Assembly: GCA_965203985.1 (NCBI GenBank)
Contig: CBDBDS010000013.1
Coordinates: 517,802-581,801, forward strand
Direction: 5' to 3'
DNA: 64,000 nucleotides
Source of the DNA: Dehalococcoidia bacterium
Lineage (GTDB): Bacteria; Chloroflexota; Dehalococcoidia; Lucifugimonadales; UBA3495
Shown here: piece by piece, positions 18,557-28,664 of the stretch
Position numbering within the stretch: the first letter of the stretch is position 1
Layout of the letters: every line of letters starts with the position of its first letter
Notes under the pieces: generated by a model
Told to the model about the DNA's origin: nothing
The model's input: only the letters and a program-made list of their open reading frames with translations
Databases searched by the model: none
Made by a program: the position numbers and the translations under genes

Positions 18557-19126
18557 TCACGCCGGCCGTATCCGCCCGTCCTCGCCGGCCGTGAGCAATG
18601 CCTCGAAATTATAGCCCCGATCCCGAATAGCTTTGCTGCCGCCTTCATTCCGGTCCAGAACAGCTAGCACCAGCCCAACCTTACAACCAGCAGCCTCCGC
18701 CGCGGCGATGGCATGGAACAGCGACCCCCCGGTGGTGCAGGTGTCGTCCACGATGGCAACGGTCGCCGCCTCCGGCAGCGGGCCCTCGATCATTTGGGTC
18801 AGGCCGTGGCCCTTGGCCTCCTTTCGCACGATGAAAGCCGGCAGCGGCGCACCCTGCTGCCACGATGCCATAGCAGCGGCCGTCACGATGGGGTCCGCGC
18901 CCAGGGTCGGGCCGCCCACTGCGTCCACGCCGGCCTCAGCCAACATCGGCAGCAGCGCGTTGCCGATGAGATGCGCTCCCTCCGGATCCAGACTGAGCAG
19001 CCGTCCGTCGAAGTAGTACGAGCTCTTCTTGCCCGAGGAAAGCGTGAAATCCCCGTACCGGATGGCGCCTCGCTCCAACGCCAACGCCAGCAATCGGTCC
19101 GTCGAATCTCCGCTCCTCGTATTCAT
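18557..19126 (-). CDS. pyrE: Orotate phosphoribosyltransferase
   Basis: PRPP-binding loop VAIVDDTCTTGGS. Start placed at the internal ATG, which has a GGGGAGGG RBS. Confidence 0.85.
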   Translation of the reverse strand: MNTRSGDSTDRLLALALERGAIRYGDFTLSSGKKSSYYFDGRLLSLDPEGAHLIGNALLPMLAEAGVDAVGGPTLGADPIVTAAAMASWQQGAPLPAFIVRKEAKGHGLTQMIEGPLPEAATVAIVDDTCTTGGSLFHAIAAAEAAGCKVGLVLAVLDRNEGGSKAIRDRGYNFEALLTAGEDGRIRPA

Positions 19127-19150
19127 ACACCCTCCCCAGGCCGTCAACCA

Positions 19151-19798
19151 TCAGTCCTCGGCGCGGTACAACCTGTGCTCGTCAATATAAGCCGCCACCA
19201 CGTCCGGAATCTGGTATCGGGTCGATTGGCCACATGCCAGCACCCGGCGCAGTTCCGAGGCGCTGAAATCGACCCGCGGCCCGGCCACCGACACCACCGC
19301 GCCGGCATCCAGCGCGTCCGAGAAATTCCCCCGGAGCGTCGCTATTCCCTCCACGGGGCCGCCCGGCCGCTCGATGACCACCAGGTGGCACAGGTTCAGG
19401 ATGGCCTCCGGTTCCTTCCAGCGGTGGAACTGGTCCAGCACGTCCGACCCGACGATGAAGTACAGTTCCGTATCGGCTGAAAACCGGCGCCGCAGTTGGC
19501 GCAGCGTATCCACCGTGTACGTGGCCCCGGTGCGTCGGATCTCGCAATCGGACACGCAGAAGCCTGGGTTGTCGGCCACCGCCAGTTGGACCATCCGGAG
19601 CCGGTGTTCGGCCAGAGTGATGCGCTGACCCGACTTGAGCCAGGGCTCGCCGGCCGGCAGGAACATCACCGTATCCAGGTCCAGCGCGACCCGCGCCGTT
19701 TCGGCAATCAGCAGGTGGCCCAGGTGTGGCGGGTCAAACGTTCCGCCCAGGATGCCGATGCGGCGTCGGTGTGGTTCCTCAGAAGCCATCAGAACCAC
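19151..19798 (-). CDS. nadD: Nicotinate-nucleotide adenylyltransferase
   Basis: GILGGTFDPPHLGHL motif; overlaps the obg stop. Confidence 0.9.
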   Translation of the reverse strand: MVLMASEEPHRRRIGILGGTFDPPHLGHLLIAETARVALDLDTVMFLPAGEPWLKSGQRITLAEHRLRMVQLAVADNPGFCVSDCEIRRTGATYTVDTLRQLRRRFSADTELYFIVGSDVLDQFHRWKEPEAILNLCHLVVIERPGGPVEGIATLRGNFSDALDAGAVVSVAGPRVDFSASELRRVLACGQSTRYQIPDVVAAYIDEHRLYRAED

Positions 19799-21096
19799 TC
19801 CAACTCAGCGTCGCCGATGCGAATGGTGTCACCGGCCTCGATGCCAGCTTCCTCCAGCCGTTGCGCGATGCCCAGGCGGCTCATCTCCCGCCACAGTTGC
19901 AGCATGACGCGATAGTCCCGCATGTCAGCGCGCCCGGTGAGCCGCTCCAGCCGCTCCGATTCGATGACGTACACGTCGCCATCCAGGTAGAAACCCAGCG
20001 GCGGACGTTCTCGTGGCGCGCTGGCAGCCGGAACCTCGCTCTCCCACTCCGACGCGTCGATGCCATCGCGAGGAGCCTCGGCCAGGATGCGGACGAGATC
20101 GCCCAGCAGCCCATCCACGCCCGCGCCCGAGACCGACGATATGAAGTGGACTGGCGTGTCCACATCAGCAACGACCAAACCGTCGTCCATAGCCATGGCT
20201 CGCCGCAGTTCTTCCTCGATGACATCACGCAGTTCGTAGGTGTCGGTGGTATCCAGTTTGCTCACCGCCACCACCTGCGGCTTGGACGCCAGCATCGGGC
20301 TGAACTCGCGCAATTCCCGGTTGAGCATCAGAAAATCGCCAGCCGGGTCATCGGACAGCCCATCGATGAGATGGACGTACGCACGAGCCCGCTCGGCGTG
20401 GCGCAGGAACTGGTGGCCCAGGCCAATGCCCCGGTGCGCTCCCTCCAGCAGACCGGGGATCTCCATCATCACGAAGTCCTGGCCGCCGTGGGTGACCACG
20501 CCCAAAACCGGCTCCACCGTGGTGAAAGGATAGTCGGCAACCTTCGGCTTTGCCGCTGAGCAGCGGGAGATCAGCGTGGACTTGCCGGCGTTGGGCTTGG
20601 CCAGCAGACCCACGTCGGCCAACAGCTTGAGCTCCAGCCACAGCACTGAATATTCGCCCTTGTCGCCCGACTCCGACAGCATTGGCTCCTGGTTGGTCGA
20701 AGAAACGAACCGGGCATTGCCCCAGCCACCCTTTCCGCCGGTGGCCACCAGCACCGGTTCTTCCGTGGTAACGTCCGCCAGGAAGTCCTTCGTGCCATCC
20801 CGGTGCATGCGCCAGATCACGGTGCCCATGGGCACGCGTATCTCCGTATCCTTGCCGTTTGCGCCGCGCTGGTTCTTGCCCTTTCCGTGGGTGCCGCGCT
20901 GCAGGTAGAAGGTGCTGTTGTACTTCAGGTGCAGCAGCGTGTTGATGGACGAGTCGCCGACGATGTAGGCGCTGCCGCCATCACCGCCGTCGCCGCCATC
21001 GGGTCCGCCGCGGGGCTGATACTTGAGCCGGAGGAAACTGATGCAGCCATCACCCCCATTCCCTGCTTTTACGTTAATTCTTACAGTATCGATCAT
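19789..21096 (-). CDS. obgE: GTPase Obg/CgtA
   Basis: Gly-rich Obg fold KAGNGGDGCISFLR...GGDGGDGG, G1 KPNAGKST, C-terminal OCT-like domain. Confidence 0.95.
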   Translation of the reverse strand: MIDTVRINVKAGNGGDGCISFLRLKYQPRGGPDGGDGGDGGSAYIVGDSSINTLLHLKYNSTFYLQRGTHGKGKNQRGANGKDTEIRVPMGTVIWRMHRDGTKDFLADVTTEEPVLVATGGKGGWGNARFVSSTNQEPMLSESGDKGEYSVLWLELKLLADVGLLAKPNAGKSTLISRCSAAKPKVADYPFTTVEPVLGVVTHGGQDFVMMEIPGLLEGAHRGIGLGHQFLRHAERARAYVHLIDGLSDDPAGDFLMLNRELREFSPMLASKPQVVAVSKLDTTDTYELRDVIEEELRRAMAMDDGLVVADVDTPVHFISSVSGAGVDGLLGDLVRILAEAPRDGIDASEWESEVPAASAPRERPPLGFYLDGDVYVIESERLERLTGRADMRDYRVMLQLWREMSRLGIAQRLEEAGIEAGDTIRIGDAELEWF

Positions 21097-21349
21097 TTGA
21101 AATTGGGTCTTTTAAGATCAGTAGCAGCAATAGTAAAGGCGTGGATACTGTCGATAAACCTGAACGTTGAGCGTGAAATTGTCGTTCATAACCCAGTTTC
21201 ACTGGTGGACAAATACGTTGGCAGCAACGCAGATCTGGGATCGCTGTGCTGACAACAAGCCACGACTGATGGACAGCCGTAGCAGCGTCCACGGGATCTG
21301 TCTAGTTATCAGCATATTCCCCAAATAGATCAGGGTTGTTGTCCAGGGC

Positions 21350-21757
21350 TTATGAACGACTTATCGACGTTTCCAGGTAATCGGCGAGGGCCAGGATGCG
21401 GACATCCCGAAAACGCTGGAGAGCCAACATCTGCCGGTCACCGGTGACGATCACTTCCGCGTTGGCCGCGACGGCGCATTCCAGGATCCGATTGTCGGGC
21501 TCGTCAGTGAGTACATGGACGGTTTCCGTGGGTGTTACCAAATGGCCGAATTGTTGGATGAAAGCCCGCACTCCTTCCAGTTCAGCTTCCGTTCGGCCAA
21601 ATTTTCCGGCGAGCACCCTGAGGAGTTCCTCGACTATGGGATGAGAAATAAACATCAGGTCACGTTCGGACCTGATGTTTAGGAGAACTTGGGCGGCACG
21701 TCCGTTGGGGAATTCAAATGCCGATACCAGTATATTGGTATCGAAAGTGACTTTCAT
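21350..21757 (-). CDS. PIN-family toxin component
   Basis: MKVTFDTNILVSAF..., VTGDRQMLAL; 4-nt overlap with the upstream small ORF. Confidence 0.8.
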   Translation of the reverse strand: MKVTFDTNILVSAFEFPNGRAAQVLLNIRSERDLMFISHPIVEELLRVLAGKFGRTEAELEGVRAFIQQFGHLVTPTETVHVLTDEPDNRILECAVAANAEVIVTGDRQMLALQRFRDVRILALADYLETSISRS

Positions 21758-22002
21758 GATTCCAGGTATCTGAAAATGTCCTCTTCACTGAACAACCCAA
21801 GTCGCATCATACGCAGGTGCCAGCCTTCGTGGATCCTTGCTAGCTGCGCGTCAAAATCAGCGTTACGAGCATCTTGCAGGGCTTTGGCAACGAAATCGTC
21901 CAGCGTGAGGCCGTCCCTCTCCGCCATCATCGCAACGGCATCGGCCAGATCAGCCGGCAAGGAAATAGCAATGGTCTTTGCTGTGATGCCAGTGGTAGTC
22001 AT
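21754..22002 (-). CDS. Putative antitoxin (RHH/CopG-like)
   Basis: MTTTGITAKTIAISLPADLADAVAMMAERDGLTLDDFV; internal ATG of ORF 21754..22059. Confidence 0.6.
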   Translation of the reverse strand: MTTTGITAKTIAISLPADLADAVAMMAERDGLTLDDFVAKALQDARNADFDAQLARIHEGWHLRMMRLGLFSEEDIFRYLES

Positions 22003-22076
22003 GGTGACGTCTCTCTTGGCTCCCAATCTCCTGCTGATCCAATATAACTGCCGGTTCACAAGGCGGCAAGGGGAGT

Positions 22077-22949
22077 CTACTTGTGTCCCACCTGGCCATT
22101 GTACCAGTCCAGGATGCTGCTGCCGGTCCAGAAGGTCACGCCGTCAAGCTGGGTGATGTATTCCAGCAGGCGGTAGAAGTGGCCGATCCGGTGGGCCGCG
22201 CCAGTGATGTAGGGGTGCATGGAGATGGCCATCACCCGGGCGCTGTCCTCGCCCTCGGCCAGCATGACCTCCAGGGAGTCCTTGGCGCGCCGGAACAACT
22301 CCGGCGCCGAGTGGTGCTGCACCAGGTAGATGGGGATGTCGTTCAGCTCCACGGTGTACGGCAGGGCCACCAGCCGGCCCGACTTGACCTTCATCTCGTA
22401 GGGCTGGTCGTCATTCACCCAGTCGGCCACGTACTCGATGCCTTCCTCGGCCAGGATGTCCGGCGTGTGGTGGGTCTCCGCCAGGCCGGGCCCCATCCAG
22501 CCGCGGGGCGCGCTGCCGCTGAACTCGCGGATCACCTCGATGGTCTTGCGGATGGTGGCCCGCTCGTCGGGCTCCTTGTGGAGCACCTGCTGGATGTAGC
22601 CGTGGCCCAGCAGTTCCCAATCCAGGTCCAGGCACGACCGCACCAGTTCGGGATAGGCCTCGCAGACCGCCGCGTTCAGGCTGATGGTGCAGGGCAGGTT
22701 GTGCGCGGCCAGCGCCCGCTGCATCCGCCAGAAGCCCACGCGCATCCCGTAGTCGTACCAGGAGTAGTTGGGGATGTCGGGCGACACGGCCGCGCCCTGG
22801 GGCGAAGGCAGCACCGTCCGCGCCATGGGCTGGTCGATGTCCCACTCCTCGACGTTGATGATGAACCAGACGGCCACCTTTGCCCCGTCGGGCAGGGTCA
22901 GCTTCGGCCGGTCGAAGATGGGCGAGAACTCGGCGCGGGGGTTGGGCAT
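22077..22949 (-). CDS. Polysaccharide deacetylase family protein (PuuE-like)
   Basis: 290 aa: VAVWFIINVEEWD, ELLGHGY, and a general layout like allantoinase PuuE-type deacetylases. Confidence 0.6.
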   Translation of the reverse strand: MPNPRAEFSPIFDRPKLTLPDGAKVAVWFIINVEEWDIDQPMARTVLPSPQGAAVSPDIPNYSWYDYGMRVGFWRMQRALAAHNLPCTISLNAAVCEAYPELVRSCLDLDWELLGHGYIQQVLHKEPDERATIRKTIEVIREFSGSAPRGWMGPGLAETHHTPDILAEEGIEYVADWVNDDQPYEMKVKSGRLVALPYTVELNDIPIYLVQHHSAPELFRRAKDSLEVMLAEGEDSARVMAISMHPYITGAAHRIGHFYRLLEYITQLDGVTFWTGSSILDWYNGQVGHK

Positions 22950-22999
22950 GAGGAGAGCCTCCGGGTGGATGACTGGCGGTTGGGGTACTTGATCGGGAG

Positions 23000-23656
23000 C
23001 TAGAGCGTGCGGAGGTATTGCAGGAGTTGGTCGGCGTGGGGACAGGCCGCGGCAACTTGCTGCGGGTCAATCTCGGCCAAAATACCGTAAGACCTTCTGC
23101 CTTTGCTGTAATGACGTCGGCATCGGAGTGTAGCCTGTCTCAACGTGCTCAGAGCATCTGCATTTAGGATTGTTTCCAAAGGTGGTAATTTCTGAAAGAC
23201 ACTTGTGTCAAGCGAGGAATCAAAAAAGCGCTGCAACGCCGGTGGGTCGGCTACAAACCAGGTTTCCATAGCCTGAACCATCATAAATGCGCTTTCATCA
23301 TCCGCATTTGTAGGTCTTTGGAAACGGTGCTGATGACGTGCTTGCAGGTGATCCCAAACAGTATGCCCGGCTGCGACAGGTTCCTCGCTGTCAACGAGCA
23401 GCAGGGGTTTTGGTTCTGTCTCTTCATGCTCTGCATAACGATTGAGCTGACTGTTGAACAGCGCGAAGGCTTCCTGCTGACCACCGCCAACAGCAATGTC
23501 CAAAATCTGCCCATTCACGCCCGCTTTGTTGAAGAAGATCTGCCAACCTCTACGAAAGGACTCGGCGTTATCATCCACCATGGCCGCACGGTCCATTTCC
23601 GACGGGTCCGGATCTGCTCTCCCGCCACCTTCTATGTACAGCCGGTATGTTACCAA
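23000..23656 (-). CDS. DUF4276 family protein (Toprim-like), partner of ATPase 23650..24903
   Basis: LYIEGGG, LLLVDSEEP, AMETWFVAD; overlaps the upstream ATPase stop by 7 nt. Confidence 0.75.
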   Translation of the reverse strand: MVTYRLYIEGGGRADPDPSEMDRAAMVDDNAESFRRGWQIFFNKAGVNGQILDIAVGGGQQEAFALFNSQLNRYAEHEETEPKPLLLVDSEEPVAAGHTVWDHLQARHQHRFQRPTNADDESAFMMVQAMETWFVADPPALQRFFDSSLDTSVFQKLPPLETILNADALSTLRQATLRCRRHYSKGRRSYGILAEIDPQQVAAACPHADQLLQYLRTL

Positions 23657-24903
23657 CGGTTCCCCCCCAGCTCACCGATACTCCACAGGTAGCCCAGGCT
23701 GTACTTTTCCAGCCACTGCTCCAACCGCTCGGGGTCAAGCCGCTTCATCTCCGTTTGGCCATCCCGCTTTTCGCAAATCACTACGCTTCCAGCGTAGTCC
23801 TCAAGTGCATTGACGAGCACACGGGAATGGGTTGTGACCACCAACTGCGTCCGCTCTGCTGCCTGTATCAACATCTCTCCAATGCACAATACCACGTCCG
23901 GGTGAATCCCCAGCTCCGGCTCCTCAATCACCACCAGCGGCGGTGGCTCCGGGTCCAGCAGGATGGCCGCCACCGCCATGTAGCGCAGCGTTCCGTCGGA
24001 GAGGCGAGATGCTGGGATGTAGCGCTCGCCGGCGCCTTTTTCCACGACGAAAATCTCCGCTCCGCCGCGGCCGACTTCAACCTGGAAACCCTCGATTCCA
24101 TCGTAGATCTGCTGCAACGTTTCAACGAATGCCTGCCGGCTGTCGCCTCTCAGTTTGGATAGCAGCAGCGCCAGGTTTTCGCCGCGTTCGGTTAAGAATG
24201 TACTGGGTTGGTCAGCCCGGGGCGGTTGGCGCAGCCTTGCCTCCGGCCCAAACTCCCAATTCCGGTACAGGCTTATCCGTCGATACTGCTCCTGTAGCCA
24301 CGCCAGTTCCGGGTACAGGTCAGGGTCGTCTCTCTGCGATAGTATGGATCCTTCGGGGTGAACGGTACTCCTGCGAAGCTTACGCTCCTTACGGGGGCCG
24401 CCGAGTTCGTCAATGAAGTCATTGATTACCGGATCGCCTCTCTGAAAGCGGTAGTAGAAATGCGGCTCCGTCTGGCCGGCGTTGGGGCTTTCGTTTTCAA
24501 TGCGTTCATCCCTGACCTCGAAACGTTCACCCTGCTGGCCGATTTCCAATACGTGGCGTAGCGGCATCACGCCGTCCGGATAGTTGACCAGCGCATCAAC
24601 CACACCCGCTGCAGGAGCATCATTCCCTTTCCAAAGCCATTCCGAGATGCCGCTCGGCCGCCTGACCGGCGCGGACAGGTCCCGCGGCGCCGCCTGCAGC
24701 AGCGCCAGCGCCTCAATGAAGTTGGACTTGCCCGACCCGTTCGGCCCGATGAGCACGTTCAGCGGCTCCATGGGCAGGTCAATGCCCTTTGGCCCGAAGG
24801 ACAGCATCCCGCTGATTTTCAGCCGGCGTATGAGTATGTTGCCGGCGTTCGACCGCCCGGCCGTCTCGTCGGCAGCGTCAATGGCGGAATCAACGGAGGT
24901 CAT
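23650..24903 (-). CDS. ABC/SMC-like ATPase (AAA_21-type), paralog of 3110..4288
   Basis: Start moved to MTSVDSAID (ATG 24903). GPNGSGKS, LSDGTLRYM, VVIEEPELGIHP, TTHS, C-terminal LGYLWSIGELGG. Confidence 0.85.
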   Translation of the reverse strand: MTSVDSAIDAADETAGRSNAGNILIRRLKISGMLSFGPKGIDLPMEPLNVLIGPNGSGKSNFIEALALLQAAPRDLSAPVRRPSGISEWLWKGNDAPAAGVVDALVNYPDGVMPLRHVLEIGQQGERFEVRDERIENESPNAGQTEPHFYYRFQRGDPVINDFIDELGGPRKERKLRRSTVHPEGSILSQRDDPDLYPELAWLQEQYRRISLYRNWEFGPEARLRQPPRADQPSTFLTERGENLALLLSKLRGDSRQAFVETLQQIYDGIEGFQVEVGRGGAEIFVVEKGAGERYIPASRLSDGTLRYMAVAAILLDPEPPPLVVIEEPELGIHPDVVLCIGEMLIQAAERTQLVVTTHSRVLVNALEDYAGSVVICEKRDGQTEMKRLDPERLEQWLEKYSLGYLWSIGELGGNRW

Positions 24904-24943
24904 GCTCCGGCCTCCCGGGTGGGGTTGTGCAGGTGGAACGCGC

Positions 24944-25363
24944 CTACAGCCCCAGCGCCTGCGCTCCCAGGCGGGCCAGGTCCTCGTCCTCCTGGGCGGA
25001 GAGACCGCTGACGCCGATGGCGCCGAGGACCAGGTCGGTCTCGGGGTCGCGGACGACCACGGCGCCCTGCACGGCAACCAGTTGCGGGTCGCCGAAGTCG
25101 GCGATGTTGCGACCCTCGTTCTTCAGCCGCTGGGCGTAGGCGTCTGAGTCGGAGCCGGACATGGCGGAGGTGTAGGCCTTGCTGACGGCCATGCGCTGGG
25201 GCAGGGCGCGGCAGTTGTCCATGCGGGCGTAGCTCAGCAGCTTGGCGTCGGCGTCGACAATGGCGATGGCCAACGGGCGGTCGGGTTCCTGTTCGGCCTT
25301 GTCCAGCATGGCTCTCATGGCGGCGCGAACCTGGCTCAGGCTGAGGGTGGGGCGGTTGTACAT
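24944..25363 (-). CDS. GlcG/HbpS-like heme-binding protein (DUF336)
   Basis: AIAIVDADAKLLSYARMD..., GAIGVSGLSAQEDE. Confidence 0.75.
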   Translation of the reverse strand: MYNRPTLSLSQVRAAMRAMLDKAEQEPDRPLAIAIVDADAKLLSYARMDNCRALPQRMAVSKAYTSAMSGSDSDAYAQRLKNEGRNIADFGDPQLVAVQGAVVVRDPETDLVLGAIGVSGLSAQEDEDLARLGAQALGL

Positions 25364-25649
25364 GGGAAGCCTCCGTGACGGGCAATAGAGAAGTTGGATG
25401 CCGGCATTGTACACAGGGGCGATGATGGGCGGCAACGAAGGGCGTGGTCGATGACAGGCCAGGCGCCGCCTGCCGGGTCAACCTTGTCGGGTCTCCAATT
25501 TGTGCAAATCGGCTCGCAATACTCGCACTGAAACCACAATTTCGTCAGCGTCGCGTATCGGCGCCGGTGTTGCCGGCGCTGTCGACAGGCGTGCCGGCGT
25601 CGACGCGGGTGGTAATATCAGGCCAAGTTCTCAAAAGGGAGGTCTCGAG

Positions 25650-26492
25650 ATGGATATTGGAGTCACCGCCAGGGCTTCGAGCGAGTCGATTGACCCGGCA
25701 GAATTGGCGAAGCGCGCAGAGGAGCTGGGGTTTGAGTCGTTCTGGCTGCCGGAGCACCCCATCCTGCCCGTGCATACCACCTCCCGGTACGGTGGTACGC
25801 CGGACGGATCAATCCCGGCTTCCATGGCAGACATCGGTGATCCGCTTATTGCCCTGGCCATGGCCGCGGCGGCCACCAGCACCATCAAGCTGGGCACCAG
25901 CATCAGCCTGGTGCCTGAGCACAACCCACTGATGCAAGCCAAGCAGATCGCCACACTGGACAAGTTCTCGGGGGGAAGGTTCCTGTTCGGCATCGGCGCG
26001 GGCTGGCTGCGCGAAGAGACCGAGATCATGGGCGGTGATTTTGACCACCGCTGGGGGCAGACGCGGGAAGCGATCCTGGCGATGAAGGAGCTTTGGACCA
26101 AAGAAGAAGCGGAGTTTCACGGACGCTTCTTCGATTTCCCGCCGGTAAAATGCTCCCCGAAGCCGGTCCAGCAGCCGCATCCGCCGGTGCTTCTCGGCGG
26201 TTACGCCGCCAACGTGTTCAAGCGCGTAGTGGCCTGGGGCGACGGCTGGATGCCGGTGCGGGTGACCGAAGAGCAGGTGCGGGCCGGCCGCGCCACCATG
26301 GACGAACTGGCCGAGGCCGCCGGCAGGGATCCTAGCACGATACAGCTCATCGTAACCAACGTCCAACCGGATCGGGAAGTCATCGCCGGATACGGCGAGG
26401 CCGGCGCCAACCGGGTGACGGTCGCCCTGCCGCCGGACGCTGGAGCGGAGGGTCTGAACGAGCTGGAGCGCCTGGCGGAACAGGTTCTGTAA
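25650..26492 (+). CDS. LLM class F420-dependent oxidoreductase
   Basis: GGGAGG RBS. FESFWLPEHP, GGRFLFGIGAGW, PKPVQQPHPPVLLGG. Confidence 0.8.
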   Translation: MDIGVTARASSESIDPAELAKRAEELGFESFWLPEHPILPVHTTSRYGGTPDGSIPASMADIGDPLIALAMAAAATSTIKLGTSISLVPEHNPLMQAKQIATLDKFSGGRFLFGIGAGWLREETEIMGGDFDHRWGQTREAILAMKELWTKEEAEFHGRFFDFPPVKCSPKPVQQPHPPVLLGGYAANVFKRVVAWGDGWMPVRVTEEQVRAGRATMDELAEAAGRDPSTIQLIVTNVQPDREVIAGYGEAGANRVTVALPPDAGAEGLNELERLAEQVL

Positions 26493-26494
26493 GA

Positions 26495-26821
26495 ATGTCG
26501 TCAGGCGGAGACTTGAGGCCACCGGAGAACCTGCCGGCGTGGTCGCTGATGCGTGGCAAGAACGACGGTGAGCGATGGTCAAGGAACGACGCTGAAGTGG
26601 GGGAGTTGATTGCCTGGGCCGACATTTCCGACTTCGAGCACTATATGGGGCCCATGCCCTTCCCGTACGACAACGAAGCGGCGGTGCGGTTGTACGAAGC
26701 AGCGAAATCGGACGCCTCGACCCACGGCATCACTTTCAGCCACCAGCACTACGCCGGCGGTTTCCTGGAAGCGGTGTACGAAGAGTGCCGGATGCGAATG
26801 GGTCTGGGACCGCCAACCTGA
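26495..26821 (+). CDS. Hypothetical protein
   Basis: 108-aa ORF starting 2 nt after the LLM stop; no recognisable motif. Confidence 0.4.
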   Translation: MSSGGDLRPPENLPAWSLMRGKNDGERWSRNDAEVGELIAWADISDFEHYMGPMPFPYDNEAAVRLYEAAKSDASTHGITFSHQHYAGGFLEAVYEECRMRMGLGPPT

Positions 26822-26890
26822 ATTGCCGCTGCCGGCCCGGTACGCTATACTCCCTGCGATTTCCCCGACACCGCCCCGGAGGGCCTACTT

Positions 26891-28030
26891 ATGGACATGG
26901 GACTCAGCGAGATTCAGCAGATGCTGAAGAACTCGGCGCGCGAATTCCTGGCGCAAGAATGCCCGCTCACGCTGGTGCGCGAACTCGAAAACGACCCGCA
27001 GGGCTTCAGCGAAGACCTGTGGCGGCAGGTCTCCAACCTGGGCTGGACCGGGATCCCTTTCCCCGAGCAGTACGGCGGAACCGGTGGCTCCTTCCTGGAC
27101 CTGGCGGTGCTGGTTGAGGAGATGGGCCGCGCCCTGCTGCCCGCTCCCTTCTTCGCCACCGTAGTGCTGGGCGGACTCACCGTGCTGGATGCCGGCAACG
27201 ATGACCAGAAGCGCGACATCCTCACCGGCGTCTGTGCCGGCACCGTCCGCCTCACCCTCGCGCTCACCGAGCCAACCGCCACCACCGAGGCCTGGGGGAT
27301 TGAGACCCAGGCCAGCGCGTCCGGCGACGGCTACAGCATCAGCGGTACCAAGCTCTTCGTGCCCGACGCCCACGCCGCGGACACCATCATCGTGGCGGCC
27401 CGCACCATGCCGGCCGGCGACGATCCTGAGCAGGGCATCACGCTGTTCCTGGTGCCGTCCAATGCGGCCGGCGTCGAGATCGAGCAGATCAGCACCATCG
27501 GCAACGAGCGTCTCTGCGAGATCCGGCTGAACAACGTCTCCGTGGGCGCCGGCTCCGTGCTCGGCGAGGTCGGACAGTCCTGGCCGGTCATCGAGCGCGC
27601 CCTGGCTAGAGCCACCGCGGCCCACTGCGTGCAGATGGTGGGCGGAGCCGAGGCCGTGGTCGATATGACCGTTGAGTACGTCAAGCAGCGCACCCAGTTC
27701 GGCCGGCCCGTGGGCAGCTTCCAGGCCGTGCAGCACCACTGCGCCAACATGGCAACGGATGTCGAGGGCGCGCGCCACGTGGCCTACCAGGCCGCTTGGG
27801 CATTGGCCGAGGGCCAGTCCGCCCGACGCGAGGTCGCCATCGCCAAGGCCTGGTGCAGCGGAGCCTACCAGCGGGTCTGCTCCCTGGGCCACCAGTGCCA
27901 CGGCGCCATCGGCTTCACTCAGGAGCACAACCTCCAGCTCTACACCCGCCGCGCCAAGGTCCAGGAACTCTCCTACGGCAGCGTCCACGACCACAAGGAA
28001 GTGGCGTTGCAGGAGATTGAGGCGGGGTAA
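26891..28030 (+). CDS. Acyl-CoA dehydrogenase family protein
   Basis: 379 aa: VEYVKQRTQFGRPVGSFQAVQHH and overall ACAD layout. Confidence 0.85.
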   Translation: MDMGLSEIQQMLKNSAREFLAQECPLTLVRELENDPQGFSEDLWRQVSNLGWTGIPFPEQYGGTGGSFLDLAVLVEEMGRALLPAPFFATVVLGGLTVLDAGNDDQKRDILTGVCAGTVRLTLALTEPTATTEAWGIETQASASGDGYSISGTKLFVPDAHAADTIIVAARTMPAGDDPEQGITLFLVPSNAAGVEIEQISTIGNERLCEIRLNNVSVGAGSVLGEVGQSWPVIERALARATAAHCVQMVGGAEAVVDMTVEYVKQRTQFGRPVGSFQAVQHHCANMATDVEGARHVAYQAAWALAEGQSARREVAIAKAWCSGAYQRVCSLGHQCHGAIGFTQEHNLQLYTRRAKVQELSYGSVHDHKEVALQEIEAG

Positions 28031-28226
28031 CGCCGCCTCACCAAACCCCGATACGCCCTGGATTTCCAAGACACCGGGGAGAACTACCGTGACTACCATC
28101 CCAATCGCGTCGCCACCCGCGATAACATTCGAGACTACCGCTGGCATCGTTCAGAGGCATAGCGACCATACGGATTCGGTAGCCGAGCCCACCTGGACAG
28201 CCCGCTCCAAGGCGCACTGCCGGCTC

Positions 28227-28664
28227 ATGGCGACCCAGAGCAACGACCGGAGAATCCAGTACCTCGGAACGGCCGGATGCGACGACGATACGGTCCGGTT
28301 CATAACTCGGGCGATTGCCGAGAGCATCGAGAAAGAGGCCAAACCTGCTCTCCGTTCCGCCGCGCGAGAAACCGCCGCAGCCAAGAAGGATATCGAAAGC
28401 CTCTTGAGCCGGTGGCCTGAACCGGAACACTTCCGACTGCTGAGCTCCAAGATTGCCGGCCTGAGCGACGAACAAATCAGCCTCGCCAGCGCTTACGCGG
28501 CTTGCCAGATATATGAAACGGCGGCTACCGCGCTCTATTTGGCCATCGTGGAAGGTATGGCTCCGGTCGTCACCGAGGAAGCATCCGACGCAGCCACTAT
28601 GGAGAGAGACCAAGCGATAGCGGATGCCGGATACACCGACGAGGTGGCCCGATGGCCCAAGTGA
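28227..28664 (+). CDS. Hypothetical helical protein (candidate antitoxin of 28652..29320)
   Basis: 145 aa from the internal ATG of ORF 27672..28664; overlaps the downstream MazF-like gene by 13 nt. No known domain recognised. Confidence 0.45.
   Translation: MATQSNDRRIQYLGTAGCDDDTVRFITRAIAESIEKEAKPALRSAARETAAAKKDIESLLSRWPEPEHFRLLSSKIAGLSDEQISLASAYAACQIYETAATALYLAIVEGMAPVVTEEASDAATMERDQAIADAGYTDEVARWPK

Noticed and set aside
21097-21349. AT-richer 250-bp gap upstream of obg as a possible ncRNA or leader (rplU-rpmA-type context)
   Set aside because: No L21/L27 genes are present, I could identify no conserved structure or repeat, and the only ORF there (21074..21292) looks spurious. I cannot support a feature call from sequence alone.
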